Below are positions 55,641-63,166 of a stretch of DNA of 64,000 nt, in pieces. A program made the position numbers and the translations under genes. Source of the stretch: Clostridia bacterium (lineage in GTDB: Bacteria; Bacillota; Clostridia; Oscillospirales; CAG-272); the NCBI GenBank assembly GCA_017937845.1, contig JAGBCV010000020.1:4945-68944 (forward strand). Direction: 5' to 3'. Within the stretch, counting starts at the first letter, position 1; every line of letters begins with the position of its first letter. Below the pieces are notes generated by a model. That model was given only the letters and a program-made list of their open reading frames with translations. It did not search any database and had not been told where the DNA came from.

Positions 55641-55668
55641 GAAAGAGCCTTCGGGTTCTTTCTTTTTT
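55640..55668 (+). terminator. Intrinsic terminator after yoeB
   Basis: AGAAAGAGCC-TTCG-GGTTCTTTCT (one G-U pair) followed by TTTTT. Confidence 0.7.
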
Positions 55669-55679
55669 GTCATAGAAAA

Positions 55680-55765
55680 CTGCTCGAATCAAACTCGCCG
55701 TTTTGCTGTGCTTGATGATGGGGAAAGCTGAGGTAGGCGAGTGATTTCCGGCGGGCGTTGCCCGC
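55680..55765 (+). repeat. Intergenic repeat family RE-B, copy 3
   Basis: CTGCTCGAATCAAACTCGCCGTTTTGCTGTG..GGTAGGCGAGTGATTTCCGGCGGGCGTTGCCCGC. Confidence 0.8.
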
Positions 55766-55770
55766 TTGTA

Positions 55771-55807
55771 CCTTTTCTCTTCACTTTTCTCTTTTCACTC
55801 TTCACTC
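55771..55807 (+). repeat. Pyrimidine word tract RE-D (CCTTTTCTCTTCACTTTTCTCTTTTCACTCTTCACTC)
   Basis: Iterated TTTTCAC/TCTTCAC words, overlapping the stop of the flavoprotein gene. Confidence 0.55.
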
Positions 55808-57073
55808 GAATGCGTCCGCATTCGTTGCCGCTTCCGCTGCCGCGTGCGCGGTGCAAAAGGCGATTTGCAGATTGAATCCGCCCGTGTATGCGTCAAGATC
55901 CATGACCTCGCCTGCAAAATAGAGGTTCGGGCATTTCTTGGAGCGCATGGTCTGCGGTTCAATCTCCTTGACGGAAACGCCGCCGCTTGTCACGATGGCT
56001 TCACCGATCGGTCGGAAGCCCGTTATCGTAACGGGGAGATTTTTGAGAAGCTCGCAGATTCTGTGGCGTTCTTCGGCTGTGATGGAGTGTATCTTTTTGT
56101 CCGTGGGAATGGCGCAAAGCTTGATGAACGGCTCGCGCAGCTTGGCGGGGAGAAGCTCATCAAAGGCGTTGATAAAATTGCGGTTTTTGTATTTTTCAAA
56201 GTCGGAAAGAAGTCTTTTGTCGAGCGCTTGCGCGTCGAGAGCGGGCTTCAAATCGATGGAAACGAGGTAACGACCGCTTTCCATCGGGCGTAAATGCGCG
56301 GATGCGGAAAGCACGAGCGGACCGCTGATACCGAAATGACAGAACAACATCTCACCGAAATCGCGGTAGATGACCTTGTTCTTTTTCTTCGTATCGATGA
56401 CGGAAACGGCGACGTTTTTGAGTGAAAGTCCCATCGTTTCGCGGCAAACGAAATCGTCTGAGCAAAGTCCCACGAGAGAGGGGATGCGCGGGGTCACGGT
56501 GTGTCCCACGGATTCCGCCATGCGATAGCCATCGCCTGTCGAGCCTGTGATGGGGTAGGAAAGACCGCCTGTGCAAAGAATGACGGCGTCATAGCCGACG
56601 TAGTCCTTTTTCTCGGAGCGCACGCCCGAAAGCGTGCCGTCCGCTTTTTGTATCAGCTCGGAGATCCTGTCACAAACGATGCGAACACCGTTTTTCAGGC
56701 AATAGTGCTTTAAGGCAAGCACGACGTCCGTCGCCTTATCAGAAACGGGAAAAACGCGCTTTCCGCGCTCGGTCTTGAGCGGTACGCCCAAGGATTCGAT
56801 CAGCGCCATCGTGTCGGCGGACGAGAATCGGTTGATGGCGGAAAAGAGAAATTTTCCGTTTGCAGTTACGTTTTTGATAAATTCATCGGGGGTGCAATCG
56901 TTCGTGAGATTGCATCTGCCCTTGCCCGTGATGCCGAGCTTTCTGCCGAGCAGGGTGTTCCGCTCAAAGAGCGTGACCTCTGCACCAAGCTCTGCCGCGT
57001 GTCCTGCTGCGAGCATTCCCGCGGGACCGCCGCCGATGACGGCGATTTTGGTTTTATTCATGTTGTTACCCAT
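55802..57073 (-). CDS. HI0933/YhiN-family FAD-dependent oxidoreductase
   Basis: IAVIGGGPAGMLAAGHAA dinucleotide-binding motif, a length of about 420 aa, and a C-terminal GGFNLQIAF block. An alternative start is at 57061. Confidence 0.8.
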   Translation of the reverse strand: MGNNMNKTKIAVIGGGPAGMLAAGHAAELGAEVTLFERNTLLGRKLGITGKGRCNLTNDCTPDEFIKNVTANGKFLFSAINRFSSADTMALIESLGVPLKTERGKRVFPVSDKATDVVLALKHYCLKNGVRIVCDRISELIQKADGTLSGVRSEKKDYVGYDAVILCTGGLSYPITGSTGDGYRMAESVGHTVTPRIPSLVGLCSDDFVCRETMGLSLKNVAVSVIDTKKKNKVIYRDFGEMLFCHFGISGPLVLSASAHLRPMESGRYLVSIDLKPALDAQALDKRLLSDFEKYKNRNFINAFDELLPAKLREPFIKLCAIPTDKKIHSITAEERHRICELLKNLPVTITGFRPIGEAIVTSGGVSVKEIEPQTMRSKKCPNLYFAGEVMDLDAYTGGFNLQIAFCTAHAAAEAATNADAFE

Positions 57074-57076
57074 ATA

Positions 57077-59008
57077 TTACTCACTTTTGTTTTCTTTGAG
57101 GAAGGCTTCCGCTTCTTCCATTTCGAGGAAAAGCTCCTCGGTGCGCGCTTCGATCTCGGCAATGCAGTCTGCGATCTCCGCAAGACGAACGTAATTCGTC
57201 GCGGCATCGGTGTTCATTTCTTCTTCGAGCGCGGCGCGTTCCTCATCAAGGGTCATCATTTCTTCCTCGGCGCGTTCCATGCGCTTTTCCGCTTTGCGAA
57301 TCTCAGATAAGAGCTTTTTGTTTTCTTTGTATTTCTGCTTGCCGACGGAATCGACCTTTTCGACCTTTTCAATGACAGCCTCGGCGGCGCGTTTTTCCTT
57401 AAATTCCAGATATTCGTCAAACGTGCCGTGATAATCGAAAAAGCCATCTGAAAGGTCAAAGATGCGCGTTGCAAGCTTTTTCATAAAGTAACGGTCATGC
57501 GAAACGGCGATGATCGTACCGCCAAAGGAAAGCAGGGCATCCTCGAGCGCTTCGCGCGAGGCGATGTCGAGGTGGTTCGTCGGTTCGTCGAGGATCAGCA
57601 GATTGACCTTGGAAAGGATCATTTTGCAGAGCATCAGACGCGCTTTTTCACCGCCCGAAAGGACGGAGACCTTCTTATCCATATCCTCCGCGAAGAAAAG
57701 AAAGCCCGCGAGCGCTGTGCGAATCTGTGTGAACGTGAGCTTTTCGTGTGCGGAGCAAAGCTCTTCCAAAACGGTGTTATCCTCATGAAGCGTTTTCTGC
57801 TCCTGGTCGTAATAGCCTGCGATAACGCCTGTGCCGTATTCGATGACACCGCTGTCCGCATCCTGAAAACCGCCGAGAATTTTAATGAGCGTGGATTTGC
57901 CGCAGCCGTTCGGTCCCATGATGATGACGTGATCTCGCTTTTTGACCATGAAAGAAAGCCCTTTCAATATCTCACGCTCGCCGAAGGATTTTTTGAGCTC
58001 GTCGACCTCCAAAACGTCGTTTCCGCTTTCCGCCGCCTCCGCAAAGGCAAGACGGATATGCCCCGGCAGATTTTCGGGCGCATCGACCTTTTCCATATGC
58101 TCGATCTGCTTTTTCTTGCTGGCGATGGTGATGTAGTTGTGTTCCTGACCGAAATGGATCTGCGTTTGAATGATGCCCTCGATGCGCGCGATCTCTTTTT
58201 GTTGCAGGTCGAATTTTTTCTGCAAGACCTTTCGCGCCTCCGCTTTTTTGACGGCGAACGTGCTGTAATTTCCCGTGTAAAGCTCCGCTTTGGTGTTCTC
58301 AATATCGAGAATTTTGGTTGCGGTGCGGTCAAGGAAATATCGGTCGTGCGAAACGATCATGAGCGTTTTCGGATAGGAGCGAAGATGATCCTCGAGCCAA
58401 TAGAGCGTATCGGTGTCGAGATGGTTCGTCGGTTCGTCGAGAATGAGAATGTCGGGCTCGACGAGAAGCAGACGAACGAGCGCAAGGCGGGTGCGTTCGC
58501 CGCCGCTGAGCGTTTCGATGTGCTTATGCTGTTCGGATTCGGGAAAGCCGAAATGCGTGAGCATGGAGCGAATACGGGATTTGTATTCGTAACCGCCGAT
58601 CTCACGGAATTTTTCGGTCATCGTCGTGAAATCCGAGATCATTTTTTCATAAGCCTCGTCGTGCTTACTGCTTGCGCGTTTTTCGATCTCCTCTTGCAAT
58701 TCCGCAAGTCGGTGTTCCAGTCTTACACATTCGGGAAACGCGCTTGCCATCTCATCGGAAAGCGTTTTATCGCTTTCGAGCATGGCATTCTGTTCGAGCA
58801 TACCGACGGATTTGCCCTTGGCAATATAGACGTTGCCGCCTGTCGGCTCGGTCACGCCTGCGATGATGCGGAGCAGGGTGGATTTGCCCGCGCCGTTGAC
58901 ACCGACGATGCCGAGGCGGTCGCCCTCATTGATGGAAAAATTTATTTTTTGCAAAATGACATCCGTGCCGTATTCAAGACGGATATCGCTTACACTTAAA
59001 ATCGTCAT
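57077..59008 (-). CDS. ABC-F family ATPase (translation factor/ribosome-protection type, no TM domain)
   Basis: Two ABC cassettes (GVNGAGKST/LSGGERTR and GPNGCGKST/LSGGEKAR) and a C-terminal coiled-coil tail. ATG 59008 follows AGGAGAA. Confidence 0.88.
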   Translation of the reverse strand: MTILSVSDIRLEYGTDVILQKINFSINEGDRLGIVGVNGAGKSTLLRIIAGVTEPTGGNVYIAKGKSVGMLEQNAMLESDKTLSDEMASAFPECVRLEHRLAELQEEIEKRASSKHDEAYEKMISDFTTMTEKFREIGGYEYKSRIRSMLTHFGFPESEQHKHIETLSGGERTRLALVRLLLVEPDILILDEPTNHLDTDTLYWLEDHLRSYPKTLMIVSHDRYFLDRTATKILDIENTKAELYTGNYSTFAVKKAEARKVLQKKFDLQQKEIARIEGIIQTQIHFGQEHNYITIASKKKQIEHMEKVDAPENLPGHIRLAFAEAAESGNDVLEVDELKKSFGEREILKGLSFMVKKRDHVIIMGPNGCGKSTLIKILGGFQDADSGVIEYGTGVIAGYYDQEQKTLHEDNTVLEELCSAHEKLTFTQIRTALAGFLFFAEDMDKKVSVLSGGEKARLMLCKMILSKVNLLILDEPTNHLDIASREALEDALLSFGGTIIAVSHDRYFMKKLATRIFDLSDGFFDYHGTFDEYLEFKEKRAAEAVIEKVEKVDSVGKQKYKENKKLLSEIRKAEKRMERAEEEMMTLDEERAALEEEMNTDAATNYVRLAEIADCIAEIEARTEELFLEMEEAEAFLKENKSE

Positions 59009-59170
59009 GGATATGGTTCTCCTAAATATATTCAATCTATATTATACATCGAAACGGGGGTGCTTGTCAATTTGAATCTTGAAACTTCGCTGAAAAACCT
59101 TGTATTTTGACGGATTTTTCGCTATACTATATATAGAAGCATATATTTGAAAGAGAAGGAGTGTGACGAT

Positions 59171-60358
59171 ATGAAATATAAACGTGTATTTTTGATGGTG
59201 ATGGATAGCTTCGGTATCGGTGGTGCGAAAGATGCCGCGGCGTTTGGCGACGAGGGAAGCAATACCTTTTTGTCGGTCTCCCGCGCGGAGAATTTCGCTA
59301 TCCCAAATCTTGCAAAACTGGGCTTTTATCATATAGACGGTATTCGCGCAGGGGCGAGCGGAGAAGACCCTGTCGGCGCATATGCGCGTGTTTGCGAGCG
59401 TTCACATGGAAAGGATACCACCATCGGACATTGGGAGATCGCGGGTATTTACTCCGAAGACCCTCTTCCGACCTATCCCGACGGCTTTCCGAAAGAGATT
59501 ATCGAAGAATTTGAACATCGTTCAGGAAGACGTGTGCTTTGCAACAAGCCCTACTCGGGAGTCAAGGTCATTGCCGATTACGGGCGCGAGCATATGGAAA
59601 CGGGCGCGCTTATCGTTTACACCTCGGCGGATAGCGTTTTTCAGATCGCGGCGCACGAGTCCGTCGTTCCCGTTGAGGAGCTTTACCGCTATTGCGAGAT
59701 CGCGCGTGAGATCTTGGTCGGAAAACACTGCGTTGGGCGTGTCATTGCCCGTCCATTTGAGGGGGAATATCCTTTTACAAGAACCTCTCGCCGTCATGAT
59801 TTTTCGGCAGTTCCGCCTGAGAAGACCATGCTGGATTTCTTGCAGGATAAGGGACTCGATACCGTTTGTGTGGGGAAAATATCCGATATTTTTGCAGGTG
59901 TCGGCGTTTCCGAAAGCATTCGCACGAGTGGAAACGACGACGGTATGCGCGTTACGCTGACGCTTGCAGACAGAGATTTCACGGGGCTTTGCTTTGTGAA
60001 TCTCGTGGATTTCGATATGAATTTCGGTCATCGCAGAGATATCGCGGGCTATGCCAACGCCGTGATGCGATTTGATGTGTGGCTTCCGCGCTTCATGGAA
60101 AAGATGAACGAGGACGATATTTTGATGATCACCGCCGACCACGGCTGTGACCCCGGCTATACGGGAACGGACCACACGAGAGAAAACGTGCCTCTTCTCA
60201 TTTACGGCAAGCATATTCGTCCTGTAAACCTCGGCGTCAGAGAAACGTATGCCGATATCGCGGCAACAGTTGCGGATATCTTTGAAACGGAAAGACCGCG
60301 TACGGGAACGAGCTTCTTGAACGAAATTCAGTTGAATATCGATCAAAAGGAGGGCTGA
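59171..60358 (+). CDS. deoB: Phosphopentomutase
   Basis: RVFLMVMDSFGIG, GKDTTIGHWE and ITADHGCDP blocks. ATG 59171 follows GAAGGAG. Confidence 0.92.
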   Translation: MKYKRVFLMVMDSFGIGGAKDAAAFGDEGSNTFLSVSRAENFAIPNLAKLGFYHIDGIRAGASGEDPVGAYARVCERSHGKDTTIGHWEIAGIYSEDPLPTYPDGFPKEIIEEFEHRSGRRVLCNKPYSGVKVIADYGREHMETGALIVYTSADSVFQIAAHESVVPVEELYRYCEIAREILVGKHCVGRVIARPFEGEYPFTRTSRRHDFSAVPPEKTMLDFLQDKGLDTVCVGKISDIFAGVGVSESIRTSGNDDGMRVTLTLADRDFTGLCFVNLVDFDMNFGHRRDIAGYANAVMRFDVWLPRFMEKMNEDDILMITADHGCDPGYTGTDHTRENVPLLIYGKHIRPVNLGVRETYADIAATVADIFETERPRTGTSFLNEIQLNIDQKEG

Positions 60359-60360
60359 AA

Positions 60361-60750
60361 ATGGATTTTGAACGAAAATCACTCATTCGCGCGGCGATGG
60401 AGGCGAGAACATTCTCTTACGCACCGTTTTCAAACTTTCACGTCGGCGCGGCGCTCCTCACCAAGGACGGCGAGGTCTATACGGGTTGTAATATCGAAAA
60501 TTCAGCCTATTCTCCGACGCTTTGCGCGGAGCGGTGCGCGATCGCAAAAGCCGTTTCCGAGGGAAAACGAGAATTTCTTGCGATTGCCGTTGTCGGTCCC
60601 GAGGACGGACACACGACCCCTTGCGGTGTCTGCCGACAGGTATTGTATGAATTTTGCGATGAATCTCTCGTCATTCTCTGCGGCGGAACAGAGGAAAACT
60701 ATATGGAAACGACCCTCGGTGAGCTTTTGCCGAAAGGGTTTCGCCTTTGA
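60361..60750 (+). CDS. cdd: Cytidine deaminase
   Basis: 129 aa. CAERCAI and PCGVCRQ zinc-binding motifs. Confidence 0.93.
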   Translation: MDFERKSLIRAAMEARTFSYAPFSNFHVGAALLTKDGEVYTGCNIENSAYSPTLCAERCAIAKAVSEGKREFLAIAVVGPEDGHTTPCGVCRQVLYEFCDESLVILCGGTEENYMETTLGELLPKGFRL

Positions 60751-60820
60751 ATTGAACGAAATTCAAAACAGCTCGTGCGAATGGGTATTGTCCTTAGCGG
60801 AGAAATTGAATAATGCTCGG

Positions 60821-60867
60821 TAGGGGCGAACTGTGTTCGCCCGCGGGAGACCGCAGGTCTCCCCTAC
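60821..60867 (+). repeat. Compound hairpin element
   Basis: TAGGGG, CGAAC-TGT-GTTCG, CCCGC, GGGAGACC-GCA-GGTCTCCC, CTAC. These are two adjacent perfect hairpins enclosed by TAGGGG/CCCCTA. Confidence 0.6.
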
Positions 60868-60897
60868 GAATAAGCAAAATTTGATATGCAGAAAGCA

Positions 60898-60930
60898 AAC
60901 AATACCCCGACAGGCTGTCGGGGTATTGTT
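60898..60930 (-). terminator. 15-bp hairpin downstream of the AT-rich ORF
   Basis: AACAATACCCCGACA-GGC-TGTCGGGGTATTGTT. On the minus strand it is followed by TGCTTTCTG. Confidence 0.55.
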
Positions 60931-60943
60931 GTCATTTGGGGAG

Positions 60944-61459
60944 TTACATATTTTCTGCGCTTAATCTCAAAAGATAGAACTGACGCAACCATTCAGGCTG
61001 ATCTTGAATGGTGGTTTTTAAATTTTGAAGAGTTCTTTTACCGATTCGTCTATCTAATACAGCAAACATTCTTACTAATGGATTATGGGAATATATGCTA
61101 TCTTGAATATCTTGATTGCGATATTCTTCTAATGCTCCACAGAATTCATCATCCGTGTATTCTGTTCGTTGGTCAATAGCATATTTATCCAACAAGGTCC
61201 AAAACTCTGCCCAATATTCACTTTTTCCGCTTGGAGAAGGATTTTTCGTATATCCATTTTCGATAAAGTAAGTATTCACTGTTTCCCACGAAAAACGCTT
61301 TACTTGTTGCTTATCAATGCAGATTTCAAAAATTCGACAACCGTCCATTCCAACATATGTGGTACAGCCATATCGAATTTTTCCTTGCAATGATTCTGCT
61401 AACATATCCCGTTCAAGATATCTTCTCATTCCGCTCCATGATCCAAGAATTTTACCCAT
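60944..61459 (-). CDS. Conserved hypothetical protein in an AT-rich islet
   Basis: 171 aa. Visibly lower GC than its flanks. The N-terminal WSGMRRYLERDMLAESLQGKIRYGCTTY and the C-terminal LDRRIGKRTL..LRLSAE resemble a small Firmicute family I recall being labelled SF0329-like. This is unverified. Confidence 0.6.
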   Translation of the reverse strand: MGKILGSWSGMRRYLERDMLAESLQGKIRYGCTTYVGMDGCRIFEICIDKQQVKRFSWETVNTYFIENGYTKNPSPSGKSEYWAEFWTLLDKYAIDQRTEYTDDEFCGALEEYRNQDIQDSIYSHNPLVRMFAVLDRRIGKRTLQNLKTTIQDQPEWLRQFYLLRLSAENM

Positions 61460-61554
61460 ATAGCACCTTTTTACTCTTATTTATCGCCAGTTTCGCATTT
61501 GTATTACAAATGCTTCGGGCAAAGCCCATACCCCTAAAGTAACACGCATCCCAA

Positions 61555-61656
61555 GGCTCTCCCTTTTGGAGAGCTCCCGCGATAGCGGGTGAGAGGGGAA
61601 TTGTTCGCCCTCTCCGTCGGCTACGCCGCCACCTCTCCCAAAGGGAGAGGCTTTTT
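61555..61656 (+). repeat. Mosaic hairpin repeat RE-C, composite (C1 61555-61603, C2 61607-61651, plus T-run)
   Basis: C1: GCTCTCC-CTTTT-GGAGAGC, CCCGC-GATA-GCGGG, TGAGAGGGGAATTG. C2: CCCTCTCC, GGC-TAC-GCC, CCTCTCCC-AAA-GGGAGAGG, TTTTT. Confidence 0.7.
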
Positions 61657-61677
61657 GTTAGTTCCATTATAACACAA

Positions 61678-61707
61678 ATCGGCAGAGAAAACAAGTTCTC
61701 TGCCGAT
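61678..61707. repeat. Isolated 12-bp perfect hairpin
   Basis: ATCGGCAGAGAA-AACAAG-TTCTCTGCCGAT. Confidence 0.6.
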
Positions 61708-61748
61708 ATTTCATGTTTGCATTTCTCCGTTAAGGACAACAGAGAAAA

Positions 61749-61876
61749 GCCCTCTCCGTCACGCCTTCGGCGTGCCACCGTCTACTGCGGTTCGGTCACG
61801 GCTCGGCTCTGACAGCCATTCAGGCTGTCATTCACTTCCTCGCCGTCGCTCCGCTACCCGGAGTGAGAGGCTTTTT
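61749..61876 (+). repeat. Mosaic hairpin repeat RE-C, long C2 variant
   Basis: GCCCTCTCC, ACGCC-TTC-GGCGT, then an insert of about 75 nt containing TGACAGCC-ATTCA-GGCTGTCA, then GAGTGAGAGGC and TTTTT. The outer CCTCTC/GAGAGG pairing is flanked by an A-run and a T-run. Confidence 0.65.
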
Positions 61877-61935
61877 GGTATCTTATTCTTATATTAAGTT
61901 TAAGTGAAACGATTTTCTGCAATTTTCATATTGTA

Positions 61936-62670
61936 TCAAATATTCAGTTCTTTCCTCAAAAAGGCAAATATCTTTTTTTCTTCTCGGGAGACCTTGACCT
62001 GTGTGATACCCAAGATTTCGGCAGTCTGCTGCTGGGAAAGATCCTTATAAAAGCGCAGTTGAATGATCATTTGACTTTGACGGTCAAGCTTTGAAATGGC
62101 TTCTGCAAGCGCGAGCTTATCCGTCATGCTCTCGATCTCGTTTTCATCGGCGGGGGTCATTTGCTCAAGTGTGGCGCTATCCTCGTCGTTTCCGACGGTA
62201 TCCTGCAAGGAATAAATGGGAGAAACGGCATCGAGCGCATAGACGATCTCTTCCGTCGTCATACCGCACCGCGCGGCAAGCTCGGAAAGCTTAGGCTCCT
62301 GCTGATGCTCCTTGATGTATTCCTCCTTGGCTTTCATGATGAGCATTCCTTTTTTTCGGATATCACGGCTGACCTTGATGATGCCGTCATCGCGGAGAAA
62401 ACGGCGAATCTCGCCGATGATGAGCGGTACGGCATAGGTGGAAAATACGGTGCCGAAATCGGCATCAAAGCTTTTAGCGGCTTTGAGCATACCCATCGTA
62501 CCGATTTGGACGAGATCCTCGTATTCCACACCGCGCCCGATGAATCGCCTTGCAACGGTTTTGACAAGTCCCATATTTTGCGAAATGAGCTTTTCCATGG
62601 CATCACGATTGCCGTTTTGCGCTTCTTGTATAAGGAGTAGATTATCGGATTTTTCAATAGCTTCGGACAT
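61936..62670 (-). CDS. sigF: Sporulation sigma factor SigF
   Basis: 244 aa. Regions 2-4 of the sigma-70 family (DLVQIGTMGMLKA, YAVPLIIGEIRRFLRD, SQQQTAEILGITQVKVSREE). It lies immediately downstream of spoIIAB. Confidence 0.9.
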   Translation of the reverse strand: MSEAIEKSDNLLLIQEAQNGNRDAMEKLISQNMGLVKTVARRFIGRGVEYEDLVQIGTMGMLKAAKSFDADFGTVFSTYAVPLIIGEIRRFLRDDGIIKVSRDIRKKGMLIMKAKEEYIKEHQQEPKLSELAARCGMTTEEIVYALDAVSPIYSLQDTVGNDEDSATLEQMTPADENEIESMTDKLALAEAISKLDRQSQMIIQLRFYKDLSQQQTAEILGITQVKVSREEKKIFAFLRKELNI

Positions 62671-62701
62671 GATTTATGAACTTCCTTTCGGGGTAAAAAG
62701 A

Positions 62702-63151
62702 TTATGTATCCTTTTTTTCCGAAGATGAAAGCTTGCGTGTGAGTGTCACGCGAGTACCTTTGCGGGGTTTGGAATACACGGAAAGCCTGTCCGAAAAGCT
62801 TTCCATGATGGAAAATCCCATACCGCATCGGTCCTCATCGGGACAGGTCGTGAAAAGCGGTGCGCGTGCTTTTGCCACGTCCTCGATGCCACAACCCTTA
62901 TCGGCGACGATGATGCGGAGCGTTTTATCCTCATAGCATCTGGCGATGAGGGTGATCGTACCCACCTTTTCCCGATAAGCGTGGACGATACAGTTGGTCA
63001 CAGCTTCGCTCACGGCGCAACGGATATCGGCAAGCTCCTCCACGTCGGGGTCGAGCGGAAGAAGAAAACCCGAAATGATGCTTCTTGCAAGCGCTTCATT
63101 TTCGGATTTGGATAAAAACGTACATTTGATCTCATTGGTCAGTTTTTTCAT
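62702..63151 (-). CDS. spoIIAB: Anti-sigma F factor (serine kinase)
   Basis: 149 aa. HATPase_c N-box (EAVTNCIVHAY) and G-boxes (DKGCGI, GMGF). Confidence 0.9.
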   Translation of the reverse strand: MKKLTNEIKCTFLSKSENEALARSIISGFLLPLDPDVEELADIRCAVSEAVTNCIVHAYREKVGTITLIARCYEDKTLRIIVADKGCGIEDVAKARAPLFTTCPDEDRCGMGFSIMESFSDRLSVYSKPRKGTRVTLTRKLSSSEKKDT

Positions 63152-63166
63152 GATCTATCGTTCCTT

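Noticed and set aside
60826-60838. CGAACTGTGTTCG as a second LexA box
   Set aside because: The spacing is GAAC-N3-GTTC rather than the N4 of the Firmicute SOS box. The sequence is also simply one stem-loop of the compound hairpin element.
61452-61778. A 108-aa ORF (MARRRRDGEGFSLLSL...) in the cdd-sigF spacer
   Set aside because: The reading frame is produced by translating through the RE-C hairpin repeats, which gives the GEG/PLS words. It has no RBS and a composition typical of repeats. The ORFs at 5277-5684, 5455-5697 and 12684-13181, which run through RE-A and RE-C copies, are rejected for the same reason.
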